Notes: generated by a model from the letters alone, not told the origin. A stretch of 64,000 nucleotides of DNA from Phoronis australis (GCA_002633005.1 NMRA01000229.1:543505-607504); one strand, 5' to 3'. Positions 24,301 through 38,770 are shown, counted from the first letter of the stretch. Made by a program: numbers and translations.

Positions 24301-25941
24301 TTACTAAGGTTGTGAAAATGAGACCAGATCCGCTCATTGGAGTGGAGGCTGCTACAAACCCGTTCACGCTCACCATTTTAGACGGAGCATGTGGTCAGCA
24401 AGTAGTGAGCGTCACTAAGTTACACCACGAATACACTTACTAGTAAAGTTATGATGCAACTTTTGTGAGCTGAGGTACAACCCCGCTCTCAGTGATGTTA
24501 AAGTAATCGTCACATGAACTCACGTCATTTTTTGTAATGATTTCTATGGCCTTTGGAAATTTAAGTAAATATTAGTATGACTGGATAAGTATTTATAAAA
24601 ATCATGCCCCTGTTTGATATAGTACCTATAGATTTTTATCAAAGTAGTTAATTATTCATATAATTTATTGGGTATTTATATTGGTTGACCTATATATTGA
24701 TATAATATTTTTAGAAACGTGAATTCATTAGAATGCGCCATACATGTATAGTAAACATGAACAAATGTTTAATGCGTAATAAATGTTAACATTTTCACTT
24801 ATAGTAAAGTCCATTAATATTTCCCGTTGTGGATATTGAATGCATTTTTAGATATATGTAACATTCGTCACACCGGCGGCACTTGTTCACAGTCAGGTAT
24901 TAATTAGCTTTAAAATGTCACAACGTGTCCAAATCTGATCCAGCGTCTTCGTCTTACCTTGTCTGCTATCAAGTGCCATGCGTCACATCTCTGTGTTGCT
25001 GCAAAACCTAATCCTTTTCACGAATACAAATTTCAACGATATGGCGGTCAGTTCCTGCCCAGCCAAAATGAGGTGACAAAGTAGTTTCAAGTTAGCGGTA
25101 GAGTACGAACACACACCATACCCAACAATTGTGTGTCATGTCCTTTTGGCCACGTGAGTATGACAGAGAAATCCTAAAAGTGACGTTATCAGAGGGAATA
25201 ATGGCTTTCTGAGAACATGGCTCTGTTTCATAAAAGTTACTTAATATCACAGACAAAATTTTGGTCTTGCGCTCCCCCTTCCGACAAATTACTGAAAATG
25301 TTTAGCCAAGTAATTATTAGCGTGTCACAGAATATAAATAATTTATAGAAATTTTCTCAGTAACTAGCAGCTGTGTGTATACTCTCAGAGTCTGCATTTG
25401 TGCTGAAGTGGGATTTAATTGTCATGTGGTGCTTAAGACCAAATTGCTGTCTTAACTCTTAAGTCAGTTTTCATGAAGCTGACCTCTGACCCCACTTGAA
25501 GCAATCCCACAACGCTCAGCTGGCGGAGTTAACCACTCGGTAAATGACAGATTATTTTAAACGTATTGATCTGTTATTCTTTGCCTTTATTTTAGCGATG
25601 GGATGACAGACAACGGTGATAATTAATAATAAAATTTTGTTTTGTTTTTTTTTATTAAAGCTAATAGGTTCAATAAGTCTATCGCATTCAAAATTAATGC
25701 CAATTTTCGGCCAAAAAACCAATCATGCCCCTTTGAAGGGAGAGCAGCCGTAAATACAGATCATGTGTTATCCTGACAAAGCATTTTTGCGGCGATTACT
25801 GTTGCCCTGTCTGTATTTTCTATCCATGCAACAGTATGACATAAATGATCAAACAAAATACCCACACGTGTCGGTTCTGCATTCAATGTCATTACGCAAA
25901 CAATGTGCGAAACGCTATTGAACGCAATCGCTGGTGGTCAT

Positions 25942-26098
25942 CATGGGCGGATCCAAGACTTTGAGTTAGGGGGGCCAGGGCAGAGTATTAGCCAGGATTT
26001 TGCCTGTCAGACATTGGCACTCCCGAACTGCCCAATGGAATCTTGGAGAGTTTTAGGGAGGACATGGCCCCCTTGGCCCCCCTCTAAATCCGCCACTG
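25942..26098. mobile_element. Short GC-rich MITE with 5-bp TSD GTCAT
   Basis: Termini catgggcggatcc / aaatccgccactg, with gtcat at 25937-25941 and 26099-26103. Confidence 0.75.
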
Positions 26099-28050
26099 GT
26101 CATTCGCTTTTACTCAATGCATAACGTGAATACAGAACCAAGATGACGAACCTTTGCTGGACCGTTTAGGACGCTTTCTGTTGTTTCATTCGTAGTGACG
26201 CATGTTTCTTTTTTAAATTGTGGAGGGTATGTTGATTCAAGTATACTCAAACGGGTTATAGGCCTGCTCTCTGTCAGAGACCCACTCTAAATCTGGGTCT
26301 CAACTTTACGTGGTTTCTGGCGTAGAAAAAAATACAGTTCGTCGTTGTTTTAGAATTGAGACCACGAAAATAGGCAGGTGGCCGAATGTCTTTTGCGGTG
26401 CACCAGACGTGCTTAGGGCAATCCGGGCTCACTGGACTGTTTGCCTGATTATGACTCATGGACATCCACGCAATGGGGTTCCAAATGGGTAAAATCTTCC
26501 CTCAGGAAATTGAAAAGACTGTTAAAGATGAATGATCTAGCGATTTCTTCCAGGCAGGTTATGTGTAAATCAAGCAGTAGGCTGCGAATTCGTTGACAGG
26601 CAAGGCAAATCTACGCTAGAAATTGTGTCATGAGCGAAATAGCAAGCCTATATGTATCAGAGCTTAAAGATGCTATGTCTCATTAAAACCGTGAAAATTT
26701 AAATTTGTAGCAAGCGCTGCCTGGTGACTTCCTGGAGAATTATGTGTTCAAGCATAATTAGGAAAAAAAACACTTTGTAAGTAAATCGCAGTTTTAAGAA
26801 AACACCACAGCTGGTACACTTCAAAACAAAAAGTGTGAACTTATAAAAACCCTAGTAATTCCAAATTATACGGAATCGTTTTGATATTGAAAAAAGCAAA
26901 TGATAAAAACTGTGCCTTGTTTCATTAGGGTAACGATGAAATATTACCGTACTCATTTACATAAAAGTTGTCTTGCAAATCAAGACTTTAGCGAAATTGT
27001 AATGGTAACTGGTTCTCGGATGATTTCCGACGCACTGGAAGACACGGGATTGTATGTAAATTAGTACTTTATTCGCATATTCGGAATTTAATGAGATTAT
27101 GCATCCATAAGAGCCTCTTAGAATCTTCGTTTGTCTGCACGTGGAATACACTGTACTCTCTCCGTGTATCGGTAGACAGTTTTGAAACTGTTTAAAAGCA
27201 CCTACTGTTTTACCGTTGCTTTGCAACATATGTACGTGAAAGGGACTGAGTCTGGCACAAAACAGGGTGCACCTGCTTCTTACTTTGCATGGTAGTCGAC
27301 AGCTTCATTACCATCAACGACAACAAGTGCCAACAGTTGACATGGACAGGTCTTTCAGGTGCCAAGCTCTTGGCTTTAATTTGTTACTTACAACTTTTGA
27401 AACCATGTTTGGAGAATACAGAACGCTAATTTGTTGAGTTTGGTCTCCAACGTAAATGATCTTTCATTTTTTCAGGCAATCAATTGTCTCTAATTGGACT
27501 AGGAAACAAATCAAGACCAACTCGTAGGTGAGTGGACTAAATCAAAAGTTTTGTTTGTGGCAGACAGCGGAAGGTTGTTTACGTTAGACGTTTAACATGT
27601 TTCAATGCATACTTCTAAAAAATGTAATAAAGCTTCAGGGAATTTTGATGGTGGTTAAAATTTGGGAAAAAAGAACGAACACCTGTACAAGTCCGCTCAA
27701 TGACTCAATCCAAAATTGAGGTGCGATAAAAGTTGACGAAAGTTGATAAAATTTGGTCAAATCTGTCAACATCTTTTGATCCCTCAAACAGCAAAGTCTC
27801 GGCTATACACCCCTATACCTACCGGAGGTTTGATTGGTAGTGAAAATGGTAGCCACCTGGGATGGGTGAAGTTTGTCGAACTTGTATGCCGCTCCCGCAA
27901 TCACTTTTACTCTTCAGTTCGCCACGCCTGCAACGTTTCTCATTTTATGGGCTGATTTGTACAGAGTTGCGTTTCACGTACATTTACAGACACGGCGTTT
28001 CTGAGACTCTATCTTGATTTTTGTATCAAATGAAATCGGGTCGTGTTAAG

Positions 28051-29454
28051 GAGACCGGGAACGAAATAATATGTCCAGTCACAACCAACACAATTGCGAA
28101 AACGCAAGATCACACAAGTCTCCGCGAGGTATCGCCCTCCTCCAGTCCTGCAATGCTTGTCATTTTATGGGCCGATGTGCACAGAGTTGCATTTCACGTA
28201 CATTTACACCCATTGTAAACAGTCGCTAGGTGGCACTTCGATACAATTTCTCATGTTCAAGCCTTTGTTCACGAGAATTGTTTTATTTATTAAGATACTC
28301 AACGGCTGGAAAATGTAAGAGTTTATAATATTTACTCATAAAATCCATTGTAGAAGTAAATTTGATCATTGCCGGAGGCAACATATTAAATTGTGTTCAT
28401 CAAAACATTTAGTCAGTGGGGAATCTTCTGTGAGTTTGCTCCCATGAGGGAGCTATGAATAAATTCGATACAGGTCGTCGTTCGTGGGTTCTACATCTTT
28501 GGAACATCCGCGCTTTCACGTTTGCGTTGTTGAACTTAATGCTAAAATGAGGCATTGTTTCCTAAATACCAATGCACAACAATCAAATTCATGGAAGTAG
28601 TGATTACTGAAAAATTGTGTAGATTTCACTGTGAACTTTTGTCTGTTCCATTGTGACGCGACAACTGGAGTTTAAAAGAATTCTAAATATGGCTAACTTC
28701 CTAACGTTATGTGTTAAAAATGGTTGGTTGGATTCTTATGAAACTTCCACGTATAATATGCTTATGCACTGTTCTCAAATTGTCTTTAAAATGTTCCATT
28801 TTTCCATGAGGGATATCAAAAAAGGATTTTTGTGGAAAAAATGAAGATGCATGAAACTGAAACGAAATATTTTAGGAAACTGTGTCTGCGTTTCTGAGAT
28901 TTCATCTTGGGCTCTTATATCAAATGAAATTGGTTCATGTTGTTTTGCAAAACTTTTTTTCTAATTTTTTTCAATTAATATCGGATCAGCATGAAGTTAA
29001 AATATGAAGTCCACAGGTTTTCAATTTTCATAAAATGTATTCGTTTACGCAGTTAATTTCTTTGGTTTTGTAAATGTTTGGGTAAATGCAAAGACTTGTC
29101 GATGGCTGAGGTTTAAATTGTTTCGTCCATGCTGGGAGATATTGGTCCTAGGTCCATGTCACAAGGTGCAGCTGTTTCACCACCTGGTGGGCTCTCTGAA
29201 GTTGAACTTAAAACTTATGGACCCCCTAAGGGACGAGTCGCGAAGTCAGTTGGAATAAGGAGGTCAAGCCATGGTCTTTGTTATTGCAAAGGATTGTCTC
29301 AGAAGTAGGTCTTGGTGTATGCGCACTCAAACCTGTCCGTATTTTAAGAGACCGGGAATGAAATATTACGTCCAGTCACAACCAGGTGCACGTTCCGTAG
29401 ACGCAACGCACTTGCGAAAACGCAAGATCATGCAAGTCTCCGCGAGGTATCGCC
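28051..29454 (+). repeat. Dispersed repeat copies 28051-28136 and 29348-29454
   Basis: gagaccgggaa...gtccagtcacaacca...ttgcgaaaacgcaagatca..caagtctccgcgaggtatcgcc in both. Confidence 0.75.
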
Positions 29455-29985
29455 ATGCATTACAAGTAAACCACGTGATCACATGAATTTTATTCGCGAG
29501 ATTCTTACGTCTACGCAACTCAGCCCTGTCGATCCCCAAAGCAAATCACCAAAAAGACAATAGGGCCTACACCCTGCCAATAGGGTAGTGTTTAATAGTG
29601 TTAGTACCTCGCTAGAAAAGCAAGATCTCGCGAGAGGGCGCGAGATATCGCCGTGCACTGTCAATAAGAGCACGTGAGTGTTACCTATTTGTCGCCCAGG
29701 TCTAAATATGCGTGTGTTTTTTAGCGTCTTGATTTGACCAAAGTTTCTCTTGACGCTACACTTACATGTACAACTCATCATTTCATCTACTCCACACATT
29801 CTGGCCGCACAAAAATCGGCATGCACATGTATAGGTACAGTACATGAACATGAAACTGTTTGCTTAGTACGTGTATTAGTAATAGGTTCGACTAACTCAT
29901 GTTTTGATTGTATTTCGCATGTTTTCGCTTATGTCCTGTGTTTTTTATTCATTCTTACACCCGTACCACGTGACACAGTTGGTCA

Positions 29986-30000
29986 CCTCTCTATCTCTCT

Positions 30001-30031
<31 letters not shown>

Positions 30032-30065
30032 CCTCTCCCTCTCCCTCTCCCTCCCTCTCCCTCTC
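29986..30065. repeat. (CT)n/(CCCTCT)n microsatellite running into a gap
   Basis: Seen directly. Confidence 0.95.
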
Positions 30066-30449
30066 NNNNNNNNNNNNNNNNNNNNNNNNNNNNNNNNNNN
30101 NNNNNNNNNNNNNNNNNNNNNNNNNNNNNNNNNNNNNNNNNNNNNNNNNNNNNNNNNNNNNNNNNNNNNNNNNNNNNNNNNNNNNNNNNNNNNNNNNNNN
30201 NNNNNNNNNNNNNNNNNNNNNNNNNNNNNNNNNNNNNNNNNNNNNNNNNNNNNNNNNNNNNNNNNNNNNNNNNNNNNNNNNNNNNNNNNNNNNNNNNNNN
30301 NNNNNNNNNNNNNNNNNNNNNNNNNNNNNNNNNNNNNNNNNNNNNNNNNNNNNNNNNNNNNNNNNNNNNNNNNNNNNNNNNNNNNNNNNNNNNNNNNNNN
30401 NNNNNNNNNNNNNNNNNNNNNNNNNNNNNNNNNNNNNNNNNNNNNNNNN
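30066..30449. other. Assembly gap
   Basis: N run. Confidence 1.
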
Positions 30450-31074
30450 TTTCTGCTACCGGACACTTGAATGTCAGCACGGCCGTACTTTCTGAAACAG
30501 AGGCCTATCAACGGAATATGTGTCAGCGACTTCGGCACTATAGAAGAAGAAATGAGTACATGTATAATCAAAATCGAATTGTTTTATCGTTTCCAATAGA
30601 AACGCCAAAAGCGTAATGAAACAGTTTGTGTCGTGTTTCATAAAGCTTTTGTTTAGAATGTCGCCGACACTTGATTTGGGAAACCCTACAAAGTAGGCCC
30701 ATAGGCTATTTGAGAACTGAAATTCCCGGTAGAAATAAGTATATAATTTGTGTTTTATGTAAGACTTGAACAATGAAATGCTCTTTAAATGTGGTGGACC
30801 ATCACGCTCGCGTTTGGAGCCCCCACACTCTGAGTTGACCTCTGAGTTTGAGCCACTGTGTCATATCAGTCGTGACAATAAAGAGCTTTTAAAGGGATTT
30901 GATCCGGTTATGCGGCTCAAAATGCGTTTTGAGATTGTTTTTGATATTACAAACTTCTTGAAATTATTACATTCGACCAGGGCTATAAAACAACACAAGA
31001 GCTGTTGTAAACATTCGGCTGTGAATACGAGGTAGAACAGTCACTCTGACTCTCATTTATCGAGAGGGATTTAA

Positions 31075-31380
31075 AGTGGCATAGAACGTGAAAAACAGAC
31101 TAAATTGCATTATTCAAAGTATTTCTATGCCACTGAAACAGAAGTCAAACTGTTCATCTGGCATTTTACGGTTTGTTCGTAAAGGTTTTGAATTTTTATT
31201 GATTTCAATTGCTTATCGCTTTGTCGATATTTCTCCCACACGGCAAAGCATGTCTCCTTATTTGGTATGGCAGGACATGGACTCGCACATTTCTCTTATA
31301 TGGAAAATGTAACGTTTGACTTTTGAGGTAAACAAAACAATGGCGATATCAAGCCGACATCTTTGAGCGCATGCACGCAA
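31075..31380 (+). mobile_element. End of a TTAA-flanked element; inverted relative of 41390-41664
   Basis: ttaa|agtggcatagaacgtgaaaaacagactaaattgcatta matches the reverse complement of 41625-41668. Further shared blocks: gtaaacaaaacaatggc and gcgcatgc. Confidence 0.6.
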
Positions 31381-31915
31381 ATACATTATTTCCGGTAGGG
31401 TCGGAGAACTTGAAAACTGTAGGCCTATTGGGTTCAAAGAGATGTCGTACATGTATGTGTTTCAAAAATGGGGAAAATGACGATTTTTTTTCTTAATATT
31501 TTTACAATATTCAATGTTAATAACTCTCACATGAGCATCCCCAAGACATAGATTCACCAGGATCTGTTCAAGAGGTGTTTTTAAGAGTTTTCACATACCA
31601 TGCCTCGTTAACTACTACGGCAGAGTGTTAAGATGCGCCACGCAAGGGTTCCTGTGCCTGTTGGATGAAACAGTCCCAAACAGGGAATCAACAAAGTATA
31701 ATTCTCAGTTTATATCGTTGGACAAGTATTTGTAGGAAGCATATAACCGAATTTTAATCTGATGAAGTTAATTTTGTTATTATTCAAATATTCAAAAACG
31801 CGCTCCTGCACTTTTAAACAATCGCAGGTTAGTGGTTTGAAGATTAAGTTGGTTCTGGTCTTTGATTGTTTTAAGATGCCACCTTTTAAAAAACAATTTC
31901 GGACTAGCAAGTGAT

Positions 31916-32496
31916 GCCGTGTTTAATCGCAAACTGTCGCAACAGCACGGTCAGTCAGAATCCTTAATTGTTAGTTTGGTCACTTCTTCGACACGCAAGC
32001 TGTCATAAGTCTTCGTCAGGGCAATTTGTGGTTTGTGCAATGGCACAAACTGTGGTAACCCTCAGAATGGGAAATTGCCCTATACCTTCGAAGCACGAAC
32101 TGCCGCGGTGTAATCAGAACAGGTGCAGTGACGGATTGTACAAGTCTTGGAATCCTCGACGAATAAATAGTTCTGTTCATCATAAAATAGCGGCGGACTC
32201 TGCAATACAAGAATCAAACGGTTGTCGTATTATCACCAGTCTGTCAAAGGTATTTTAAGGTAGGCCTATATGGGTACGGCCTTTAGACATGATGAGGCTT
32301 GAAATCGTCTTTTCGACGTCGATGCGTCCACGTACAATTACTGTAGTTTGTGCTTTGGAGGATTGTACAAACTTTGCGGGCTACAAAAGTTTGTGCAACA
32401 CCACAAATTACAAGTTATCGCAAAAGATGCTACGGAGGACTTCATAAACTGTCATAATTTGATGATTGCGACAGTTTGAGGTTTAACCATTACGGT
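31916..32496. mobile_element. Probable MITE with imperfect TIRs
   Basis: ccgt...caaactgtcgcaa at the left end and ttgcgacagtttg...tacgg at the right end. Confidence 0.45.
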
Positions 32497-32855
32497 GGCA
32501 CACGCGCGCGCGGGGCAGTGCACCATTTACGTATAGTCGTGCCTCGCTGGACATGCAACGGCGTTTAGAGCTTTACTTGTCTGTCTCGCTTTTCAAAAAA
32601 GTTCAAGACCTGGCTGAAATTTATGCCGGCGGGAGCTTTGTTTTCAAAATGAGATAGAACCAATCCTACCCCATAATTCAACTTCTCAACGTTACCGATC
32701 AATCACTTTAGTGACTAGCTCTTTGCGAGGATAGACTTTTATGCTCCCGAGCATGCATGTAATGTACTTGCGTCACACTCGCCTTTCGCTATCGTGATAT
32801 TACGAGGTCTTGCGAAATCAAGTTACTTAATTGTCCCGCAAAACACTTAGTGAAT

Positions 32856-33080
32856 AGTGCCCGGTTGCATGAAACAGTCTCAAATAGGGACTAAGCTAAG
32901 TTCCCAAAATCTGGGTATTTGTGGACTTGGGAAAACACTGATAGTCCTAACTTCTTTATGCTGTGTTAGTTTAATTCATTACTAAGTCACTTTTTTGCTT
33001 TAATACAAAGTGAGAGTGAATTTTACCTTGGATTCTCAACATTATTGTAAATAAACTGGGATCTTTTCATGCAACGCCCA
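32856..33080. mobile_element. MITE, copy 1 (copy 2 at 34906-35110)
   Basis: agtgcccggttgcatgaa ... ttttcatgcaacg inverted termini, colinear with 34906-35110. Confidence 0.6.
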
Positions 33081-34905
33081 TAAGTCCCTATTTATTTTCA
33101 TTGAATTAATATAACTATGTATATAACTTTATTTATAGAGGATGAAAAACATGTTAAGTGTAAAACTTATCTACCACATGGTCCTCGAAATTACAATAAA
33201 TAGATAAATAAAATAAATAAATAAAAAAGATGAACAATGATATGTACAGATGAATGAAAAATGAGATAAATTAGTAAGTTAATTAATATATACAATTTTT
33301 GACATGCATGCAGATATACAGTTAATTAGATAATAAATAAGTTATTAAGTTACTTCTAAATGCACGTTTAACAGTAATTGATTTAATAGCTAATGGTAAA
33401 TCATTCCAGGCTTCGATAATTAATTAATTAATGGCTCAGATTTTAGTTATATCATTAGAAAATGTCATTTAGTCAAAGAGGAGTTCATAATAAAGCATGC
33501 GCGCACCTAGCCTAAAAATGATAGGCTCGAATTTTAGGCTACGGAAATATCCGAGGTGTTCCGAATTTTATACATGTACTCGCTTACGGTTTGAACATAA
33601 GTGCTGTCACGATAGGTGCATAATCCATGATTGAGCAAGTAACAAACTGTCCATACACACGTATCAACCGAGAAAGTACCATTCACTCAGCCCAAACAGG
33701 TTTTGTAGTGCCACATCTGTTTGTTTAATCAAACGGTGGTGATTGGCATCGACAGTGGCGGTTATCGAGTTATCGACTTAGCGGATACCTAGCGGTTACT
33801 GTGACACTAAGAATTAGAGCGGCGTTACATAACATGTATCAGCAGTAGCTGATTGGCGATTGTTAGCACGCGCTAATTATTATTTTACGCTTTTGCAATA
33901 CACCATCGATTTTCTGTAGCCCTTCCGGAACACTTCCTCAGTTGTCATATACATAAGTCAGGTCTATTGTTGCAGCTCGGCTTTGAGGGATCAAAAGGAC
34001 TGACTTGTAGGTAATAAACTAAATTCGTTGCATCACGTGTAAAAGAAATGTGGCGACTACAGTAAGTTGCATTGTTGGTCGACTTCTATTAAGATTTTGC
34101 TCGTGTCTAGGTGAGTAGGAATTTACTTCACGTGTGTATTAAAGCTCTAGAATTACTAAAACATATTTTTTGTCACGAATGACATCAACTCGCTTATGAT
34201 TCACTCTAAAGGACAAGGCCGTTAATAGGGATTGCAATTCGAGAAAACGAAACTATCTTTCACTAGCACAATTCTATTGCAGAAGACAAAGGGAAATTAC
34301 ATTTGGAATCACCGACTCACAACTGGTAAATGTTGACATTTGCTTTTGATTCTGCAGTTTTGTTCATATATTTATTCGTTTCATGGTATGTAGATGACGA
34401 GATTGTGTGCAACCGTTAGGCGAGAGGACGCTTTTAGATTATGTAGGGCCTATTTGACATGTGTGTGTATTCACCAAATATCTACAAAAGCATTGATTTT
34501 AACCTTAAAAAGTATGCATTTTCTGAAAGTATAAAGCCTGCAGAATTTGATTTTCCCACGGTTTCAATTTGTCGTTCGCTGGGTCACGTGATCATCCATT
34601 TTATTAAAGATTAGAAAAAGAGAGGTACATTCATAGCAAAACTACATGACCATATGTTCAATGTGAAATCTCAAAACCGTTGTTACAGTCTTGTCGTTTA
34701 TTAATTATTCACACAGACACCGGCCTCAGTCGGAGACCGCCATTTTTTCAGAGACAGCGTGTAAATTGGGCCACAAAATACCCTAGGCCCAGACGGGCAG
34801 ACTACGCCTGGCTGAACTGATACGATTCTAATGTAATTACGCCAGGTATGGACTTGCCTGCACCATATTTGAATGTTTTGTTCTACTGTTTGTTCCCGGA
34901 GTTAC

Positions 34906-35110
34906 AGTGCCCGGTTGCATGAAGCAGTCCCAAATAGGAACTCACATAAGTTCCCAACGTCTACTGCGTATTTGTAGGCTTGTCCGTTCTTATACGGTTT
35001 AGTAATGATTACTAAGTTAATTTTGGCATTGATGCAAATCGAGAGTGAACTTTATGTTGAATTCTCAATATTATTGAAAATAAGTAGGGATCTTTTCATG
35101 CAACGCACCC
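34906..35110. mobile_element. MITE, copy 2
   Basis: Same termini and internal gagagtgaa.ttt / attctcaa.attattg blocks as 32856-33080. Confidence 0.6.
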
Positions 35111-37430
35111 AATGTAAGGATTAAAGATGGATAGTGTCATTAAATTGTGAATATGCAAATGAAGTACTAATTTACTAACAACCCAGGTTCTCCAGTGTGC
35201 CGAAAACCATCGGAGAACCAGTTACCATTACAAGTCTGGCTTTGCGGGACTATTTTTATGTAAATGAGTATGGTAATATTTCACCACGGCTGAGGAAGAC
35301 CTGATGCCGGACAAAAGAACAAAGAAGGCATACATGTATTACTTAGCTTATTTGTGTGTGGCATCCACTCAGATTCCGACTGCAGCTCTAAACAAACATT
35401 GAACTGTCGTTATATTTGCGCACACTTCTCGTCCACATTTCTCAGGACGACAAGCGAACCCCTGGCCGGTGTCTGCTATTTTTAAAAAGTACGCTTAAAA
35501 TACATCGTAGTATGACGTTTGGGATTGGGCTCAGAGATAAAGCGCTCGTCTGCATTTGCGGAGTCAGTGGGTTATACTCCGTGGTACTGTCCTTATTTCA
35601 GATGAAATGTTTTTTTCGCCGAGAATTCCCCTTGAACTGGCGAAAGATTATTTACAGAATGTAAATAATGAATAGATCTGCATAATTTACCAGTTACGTA
35701 GCAAGGGAAACTCTTGCAACCGCATCTCCAAGTACACGATCACCTTATAGCTTCCTCCAAGACTGGCGAGATCATGTTAGAATAAGCCCTAGATCTCACG
35801 CAAGCTAGCCAAATGGCCACTACCATGGTTAGTCGGTGAGGACTGATTGTTGAATTATGGGAACAACGTACACGCAAGTTCCGCTCCAAAAGCCAAGATT
35901 TCTCGCACCAAGTGTCTCACGAGTGACGCGGTTAGGACCTGAACCTGTTAATTTTGAAATCTTCAGTAAACGATCGAGATCATTTCAGTGCAACAGGCAT
36001 AAAGATGCTACTTTTAATGAAACTGGCGGAACCTGATCCGCATTATGTTGTAAAATTAGTTGCAAGAGTGGCAAAATTTACAGAAAAGACCCAATTAAGA
36101 AGAAACCGGTAAGAAGTCAAAAGTCAAACCGGCTTCAGGCTTCCTACATGTATTTTCAGAAAATATATATTTTTACTGAGTTAAAATTTATAGTTTCTAG
36201 ATGTTATTCTGAATGTGTCGATAAAATAACCCGTAGTTACCATCATCTAGATTGTATAACGTATATGAGCATACATGTAGGTCATTTGACGTAAACAGCT
36301 ATCTGAACACAGAGGTCATTTTGCGTAAACAACAATTTGAATGCACAGAGGCCATTTCGTCAATAGCGATCTGAACATGGATATCATTTTTTGCAAGCTC
36401 GTTCAAGTTCGATACAAAGTATGTATATTTCCGTGTAACGGTATGGTGGTCATTACTACTTACAGTAATAGGGAGATTTTGCAGACCAGTGTTACAGGAC
36501 ATCGAATACCGAATACGTATTTGTAAACGATTTCACTTGCATACATGTTTACCTAACCTGTTACGTCACCACCAGGCTTTGTCTGCCATTAAACTACAGT
36601 ACCTCTATCCAGTAGCTTAACCGGGTCTCATTGAATACACGTATCTTTTCTTTGCGTTTGTTATAACAGAGAATTTCGGCTAAACGTGAAGTTCGCGAAC
36701 GGGAACGTGTGAGAGCGACATTTTTTATTTACTACGTCACGATGTTGACCAACATTTTCGTGTTCAATCTTGTCACACGGACGGTGACAACAGCTTATCT
36801 CGCGTAAATGCACTACGTACGTGTGTTGCATCGTAAAAGAACTTTAAATTTGTGCAACTTTTTATTGTTTCAGAAGTTGGCCATCCTGGAAATGCTGTAG
36901 CTTAGTGCATGTGTCTTACTCGGCTGAATCTTTGCAATATGACATTCGTTCTGAGGCCCTCGTCACGTTGCCGGTTTTTCTCGGAAAAGGCACAGTAATA
37001 GCGGAGTTGCAACCGAATCGATTTAACGATTGCGCATGTCCGGAAATTAGGGTGCGCAAAGGCTACTGGGATTGTTGATGGTAAACGGGATGGCCGACTG
37101 GTTTGCACGACGTGTAATTTGTGTGCATTAAACTACGCTGCTGTATGTAATTCTGCCGCTATTCGCCCTAATTAGCGCCCATGGCTCAACAAGTGCCCCA
37201 ACGCGTTTTCAGACTTTGCTAAAGTAAGCGCCCAGCCCATGAACTACATGCGAAAAATGCCCTTACCTACAGTTCTAACGTCTCCAATTTATCAATTGAA
37301 AGATCCGACAGCCTGAATTTGTAACGGACCACGAGCCTCACCGTTATGTCCGTATACACTTCAAACTTACGCCGCGATTCAAAAAGAACGCAGAAGTTTT
37401 GCTGCTCTTGCGAGGGATGTGCCCCACTAC

Positions 37431-38260
37431 NNNNNNNNNNNNNNNNNNNNNNNNNNNNNNNNNNNNNNNNNNNNNNNNNNNNNNNNNNNNNNNNNNNNNN
37501 NNNNNNNNNNNNNNNNNNNNNNNNNNNNNNNNNNNNNNNNNNNNNNNNNNNNNNNNNNNNNNNNNNNNNNNNNNNNNNNNNNNNNNNNNNNNNNNNNNNN
37601 NNNNNNNNNNNNNNNNNNNNNNNNNNNNNNNNNNNNNNNNNNNNNNNNNNNNNNNNNNNNNNNNNNNNNNNNNNNNNNNNNNNNNNNNNNNNNNNNNNNN
37701 NNNNNNNNNNNNNNNNNNNNNNNNNNNNNNNNNNNNNNNNNNNNNNNNNNNNNNNNNNNNNNNNNNNNNNNNNNNNNNNNNNNNNNNNNNNNNNNNNNNN
37801 NNNNNNNNNNNNNNNNNNNNNNNNNNNNNNNNNNNNNNNNNNNNNNNNNNNNNNNNNNNNNNNNNNNNNNNNNNNNNNNNNNNNNNNNNNNNNNNNNNNN
37901 NNNNNNNNNNNNNNNNNNNNNNNNNNNNNNNNNNNNNNNNNNNNNNNNNNNNNNNNNNNNNNNNNNNNNNNNNNNNNNNNNNNNNNNNNNNNNNNNNNNN
38001 NNNNNNNNNNNNNNNNNNNNNNNNNNNNNNNNNNNNNNNNNNNNNNNNNNNNNNNNNNNNNNNNNNNNNNNNNNNNNNNNNNNNNNNNNNNNNNNNNNNN
38101 NNNNNNNNNNNNNNNNNNNNNNNNNNNNNNNNNNNNNNNNNNNNNNNNNNNNNNNNNNNNNNNNNNNNNNNNNNNNNNNNNNNNNNNNNNNNNNNNNNNN
38201 NNNNNNNNNNNNNNNNNNNNNNNNNNNNNNNNNNNNNNNNNNNNNNNNNNNNNNNNNNNN
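37431..38260. other. Assembly gap
   Basis: N run ending in poly-C. Confidence 1.
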
Positions 38261-38656
38261 CCCCCCCCCCCTACCCTTATGAAGTACTCACCGGTGGTCA
38301 CCCCGTTGAATACTTCTGGCTAAAAAATCCGTGACTGGGTCAACTGTTCAACAATGCAGAATCATGGACATTTCAATTGAAATTGACAAAACGAAACAGA
38401 TGTATGTTTGTTCTGTGATAAGCAGCAGTAGATGAAAATGTACATAAAAGACAGAGATCTTATTATCGAAATGAAGCCTTGACTTGCTCGTCTTTTATGA
38501 CGGACGTTAAATCTTTTCGAATATCTGTTTTCTGTAATTTGTCATCCACATCCAACATGAGCAAGTCCAGTACGTCGAAATCATATTTCAAGATCGCTAA
38601 ATACAACAGTCATTTTCCTGTTGACTACAGCGCCACCACTTAAAGAGTCATGCGGG

Positions 38657-38770
38657 CCAGGACCCAAAAATTAATAAAAAACAAAAACGTCTCCATCAAA
38701 AAAAAAACGGCACCCAGGACCCAAAAAATAATAAAAAACAAAAACGTCTCCATCAAAAAAAAACGGCACA
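38657..38770. repeat. Two-copy ~57-bp tandem repeat
   Basis: ccaggacccaaaaa.taataaaaaacaaaaacgtctccatcaaaaaaaaacggcac occurs twice. Confidence 0.9.

Noticed and set aside
25480-25545. tRNA/SINE-like A-box (ccgagtggttaa on the minus strand)
   Set aside because: No convincing B-box or cloverleaf; at most a decayed SINE head.
29750-30616. Long ORFs (165-288 aa) in the track
   Set aside because: Artefacts of reading through an N gap and a CT microsatellite.
37267-38334. ORFs of 287-344 aa
   Set aside because: Almost entirely X residues from the assembly gap.
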